Shown here in pieces: positions 59,108 through 64,000 of a stretch of 64,000 nt of DNA. The notes beneath the pieces were generated by a model. It saw only the letters and a program-made list of their open reading frames with translations, searched no databases and was not told the DNA's origin. This DNA is from an uncultured Bacteroidia bacterium. GTDB taxonomy: Bacteria; Bacteroidota; Bacteroidia; NS11-12g; UBA955. Every line of letters begins with the position of its first letter. Positions within the stretch are counted from its first letter, which is position 1. Where the stretch lies: positions 393,054 through 457,053 of the forward strand of contig CALSPH010000002.1 in the NCBI GenBank assembly GCA_943788195.1, given 5' to 3'. A program made the position numbers and the translations under genes.

Positions 59108-60802
59108 TTAGTGTAGTTGAAATTCTGGTAATTCAAATATGAATTTAAACATGGCAAAAAGGCGCAATAAGATCGCATTTTTCTTAGCTGTATCCGCTGG
59201 ATTTGCCTTATGGTCATTCCATTCTGTGGTCCAAACTGAATCTGCTAACCCATTGGTTAATGAGCCTGCCTTAATTTTATCTTTGGAGGCCTTAGAAATA
59301 TCCAATCCCAACATGAATTCACAAGTATGATCAATCAACTTATTTGGATCTGCAGCATCGGCACCATATGAATCGGCAAAAGCGATGGTATCAAACAAGA
59401 TTTTTTCATCCTTAACCGGCCAGCCTTGGAATGCTAAATATACACAATATTGGACTCTTTTCGGATAGGTATCTGAATTAATCCATATTTCATGAAACTT
59501 AGGTGTTTGATAAAATGCTGGCCATCCGGCAACTCCTGGCGGTTCACCAATCTCCATGCCGAGTTGGGCACCAACAAAATAGGGTAATTGCCATGATAAG
59601 TATTCTTTCTCTGTAGTGGCATTTGGATGGAAAGAATTTAAATTCTTAGCCAAATTACCATAAACATCCATAGGGGTTTTAATAAAACATCCTTGATTTA
59701 ATGGATCATAAAAGTGATCGCTAATTAAAAGCGCCTTTAATAACGGTTTAATTTCCCAATTCTGTTTAAAATCATCCGCCAAAGGAATAATTACATTCGT
59801 TTCAATTGCTGGCGTAATATTGTAGTAAACAAAGTACTTATAGAATTCTCTAACCATGTAACGTGCAATGACATCGCTTTTAGTAAAAATCATGTTGATT
59901 AGTTCTTGCGTCTCACCAGAACCCGCGGCACCAGTTTTACCCGTTATAGTTGTTCCTCCAAAAAAGCTTGAGAATGTCTTGTCCGTAACATCATGTGCAT
60001 TGCTATTGAAGTTAGATCCTCTCCAATCTGCATTCAATTTCCAACCGGTTAGTACGCGTGCCGCTGCTTTAACATCATCCTCAGTATACTGGCTGGCAGG
60101 ATCTTTACCTAAGGTAAACAACTCCATTAATTCTCGCGCATAGTTTTCATCTGGTGCAAATTTGGTATTATATATTCCATTCAAATACCTTAGCATTGCT
60201 GGGTTTACCGTTATTTTCTCAATTAAGGTTTTAAAATTGCCCAGTGCATTATCTCTCAATAATTTGAAATAATCATATGCCGCACGAGGTCTTCCAACGG
60301 CTACTACCTCCGTTGCCAAATGGTTGTGCCAAAACATGACCATTTTCTCAAGGATGGTATTGTCATGGTTCACTATATTTCCGGTTAGCCACCATTTCAG
60401 TGAATTTCTATATACCCCATTCTTAGTTGGATCATACGTAAGATTATCCCATTCTTGTCCATAAGTTAATGATGCAGGTTGATAGTCTTTTGGCTTCGCT
60501 GCAACGCTTGTATTTACATTTAGAAGGTCATCTACAGCCTGAGTTACCGTTTTAATGGAATTGGCGTCCCAAGTCGCTTTGCTGAATCCGTATAAGGTTC
60601 TGCTAAGCAAATGCTTGGCCTCAACCTTACCAAATGATCCTGTATGGGGAGCAATACCGCTAATTGGAGTATCAATGTCTATTGGAATTACTGAGTTAGA
60701 GAATTTGTTAAATATCTCGTCTTTCGTTATATCATAGTTGCTTGCAACAGGCTTATCTATGCCTTTGGCTAGCAACAAATCTTGTCTTGATAATTTAGTC
60801 AT
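59108..60802 (-). CDS. DUF1800 family protein
   Basis: EKM..FWHNH, PAMLRYL, PDENYARELMELFTLG and AARVLTGW. Confidence 0.9.
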   Translation of the reverse strand: MTKLSRQDLLLAKGIDKPVASNYDITKDEIFNKFSNSVIPIDIDTPISGIAPHTGSFGKVEAKHLLSRTLYGFSKATWDANSIKTVTQAVDDLLNVNTSVAAKPKDYQPASLTYGQEWDNLTYDPTKNGVYRNSLKWWLTGNIVNHDNTILEKMVMFWHNHLATEVVAVGRPRAAYDYFKLLRDNALGNFKTLIEKITVNPAMLRYLNGIYNTKFAPDENYARELMELFTLGKDPASQYTEDDVKAAARVLTGWKLNADWRGSNFNSNAHDVTDKTFSSFFGGTTITGKTGAAGSGETQELINMIFTKSDVIARYMVREFYKYFVYYNITPAIETNVIIPLADDFKQNWEIKPLLKALLISDHFYDPLNQGCFIKTPMDVYGNLAKNLNSFHPNATTEKEYLSWQLPYFVGAQLGMEIGEPPGVAGWPAFYQTPKFHEIWINSDTYPKRVQYCVYLAFQGWPVKDEKILFDTIAFADSYGADAADPNKLIDHTCEFMLGLDISKASKDKIKAGSLTNGLADSVWTTEWNDHKANPADTAKKNAILLRLFAMFKFIFELPEFQLH

Positions 60803-60908
60803 AAATGGGATTGTTTATTACTTGAATGTCAAAGTTAGACAATTCGAATTAAAAAAGGGTTGCACGTACCAAAAAATTGCTTTGTTTTAATACCTTTGCG
60901 CGCCTTAT

Positions 60909-61340
60909 ATGACCACAGCAACTATACGTACAAGCAAAGGAGAAATGGTTTTTGAATTATATGATTCGGAAACTCCATTAACCGCCAAAAATTTTATTGA
61001 CCTTTCTAACAAAGGATTTTACAACGGCCTAAACTTTCATAGAGTAATACCTAATTTCGTTCTTCAAGGTGGATGTCCTGACGGAACAGGTGCTGGAGGA
61101 CCAGGCTATTCCATACCATGCGAAACTTCAGGAGACAAGCAGTTTCATGACCGAGGTGTATTAAGCATGGCTCATGCCGGGCGAGACACAGGGGGCTCGC
61201 AGTTCTTTGTAGTTATGAGTAGAGAAAGTACATCTCATTTAGATGGTGTACATACTTGTTTTGGGAAAATAACTTCAGGAGACGAAGTAATTGACTTAAT
61301 AGAACAAGGAGACAAAATAGAGTCTATCACAATAAGTTAA
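60909..61340 (+). CDS. Cyclophilin-type peptidyl-prolyl isomerase
   Basis: FHRVIPNFVLQGG, LSMAHAG..TGGSQFF and HLDG.HT.FG. Confidence 0.95.
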   Translation: MTTATIRTSKGEMVFELYDSETPLTAKNFIDLSNKGFYNGLNFHRVIPNFVLQGGCPDGTGAGGPGYSIPCETSGDKQFHDRGVLSMAHAGRDTGGSQFFVVMSRESTSHLDGVHTCFGKITSGDEVIDLIEQGDKIESITIS

Positions 61341-62960
<1,620 letters not shown>

Positions 62961-62965
62961 TATTT

Positions 62966-63394
62966 TTATGATTTTGAAGCAGGTGGGTTCATATATTTTT
63001 CAACCACTTCTTCTACTTTATCTAAGGTAATAGGCTTGGAAAGGTATCCAGCAACTTCCTCAAACGTATTCGCCTTGTGAACATCATCTGGGTAAACAGA
63101 TGATGAAAGCATTACAATTACAATCTTTGATCTGTCAATATCAGCGAGCGCTTTGTATTCATTTAAGAAATCCCAACCCGACTTAACTGGCATCTTGATA
63201 TCCAGCAAAATCAAGCTAGGTAAATGATTGGCTCCTTTACTTGCCAATTTGGTGAGAAGTTTAATACCTTCATCAGCACTCATTACAACATCGATTTCCT
63301 TAACTTTATTGGATTGTTCCAGTATAGACTCAGTGATGAAGTTACTGATTTCATCATCATCAATTATTAAAACTTTATCTATTCTATTGGACAT
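62966..63394 (-). CDS. Single-domain response regulator
   Basis: IIDDD, LLDIKMP..SG, MLSSS and KP. Confidence 0.92.
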   Translation of the reverse strand: MSNRIDKVLIIDDDEISNFITESILEQSNKVKEIDVVMSADEGIKLLTKLASKGANHLPSLILLDIKMPVKSGWDFLNEYKALADIDRSKIVIVMLSSSVYPDDVHKANTFEEVAGYLSKPITLDKVEEVVEKYMNPPASKS

Positions 63395-63569
63395 TAATAT
63401 GCTTAATTTTAGGCGAATTAAAGGAATTAAACTGAAAACATTACGCTTTGTTTAAGAAACTTACAAAGAAATTTACAATATGATATTAAATCAACAAATA
63501 CAAAATTGTTTCACGAATATTTGTAGTAATATATAATCGTTTGGTTTAAATTCGCCCCAATTTTAGTAC

Positions 63570-64000
63570 ATGAAAAACTTAACCCCTATTATCACCAGCT
63601 TAGTTGCAGCCATTTTATTAACCGCGTGCAACTCCAATCCAAAAGTTTACAAAGCAAGCGACTTGAAAAATATTAGCGATTCTGCTAGTTATCTTTCTGG
63701 TGTATTGACTGGAGAACAAATGAGGAAAGACACACTTTATAAAATCAATATCGATGTATATATCGCAGGAATAAAAGAAGCCTACAGTAAAGACTCAGGA
63801 TTTGCCATTGCAGCAGACCAACGTCAAGCTGTTTTTCAACGATTTCAGCAAGAAATGGATAAGAAATTATCTAAATTAGGTGATGAATTTTTAGCCAATA
63901 TTGAAAAAAATAAAACGGTTCAGAAATTAGATGGAGGGGTTTTACTTGAGGTGATTAGTGAAGGTTCTGGCGATTTTATTGCTATTGATGATTCTGTTTC
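63570..64000 (+). CDS. FKBP-type PPIase lipoprotein (3'-partial)
   Basis: MKNLTPIITSLVAAILLTAC lipobox, DSASY..G and G.EFL...GV..EVI.EGSG; runs off the window end. Confidence 0.75.
   Translation, partial: MKNLTPIITSLVAAILLTACNSNPKVYKASDLKNISDSASYLSGVLTGEQMRKDTLYKINIDVYIAGIKEAYSKDSGFAIAADQRQAVFQRFQQEMDKKLSKLGDEFLANIEKNKTVQKLDGGVLLEVISEGSGDFIAIDDSV

Overview
AT-rich Bacteroidota chromosome segment (T9SS genes porV/porU/porP-like/gldJ, TAnnTTTG promoters, mevalonate genes). Most of it is housekeeping: murB, prmC, ribD, ruvC, adk, obgE, pheT, zapA, rny, nadC, purB. The notable part is an ~11 kb island integrated at the 3' end of tRNA-Lys(TTT), bounded by a 19-bp direct repeat at 30239-30257 and 41249-41267. 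It holds an integron-like array of nine cassettes, mostly encoding secreted or surface proteins, with one ORF-less. The cassettes are separated by ten hairpin sites of the form nnnnn(T/C)AAC-stem-loop-GTTnnnnn. Each cassette's leading GTT core is the reverse complement of its own trailing AAC core. The hairpins are predicted to pair best on one strand, and one cassette appears inserted backwards into a neighbour's site. This is the pattern expected of attC-type recombination, yet the sites deviate from the canonical attC consensus and no IntI is present. An IS6-family element truncates both the last site and what appears to be the island integrase. Downstream lie tRNA-Pro(GGG) and a duplicated 116-bp structured repeat. 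All product calls come from reading motifs by eye; no database searches were run.
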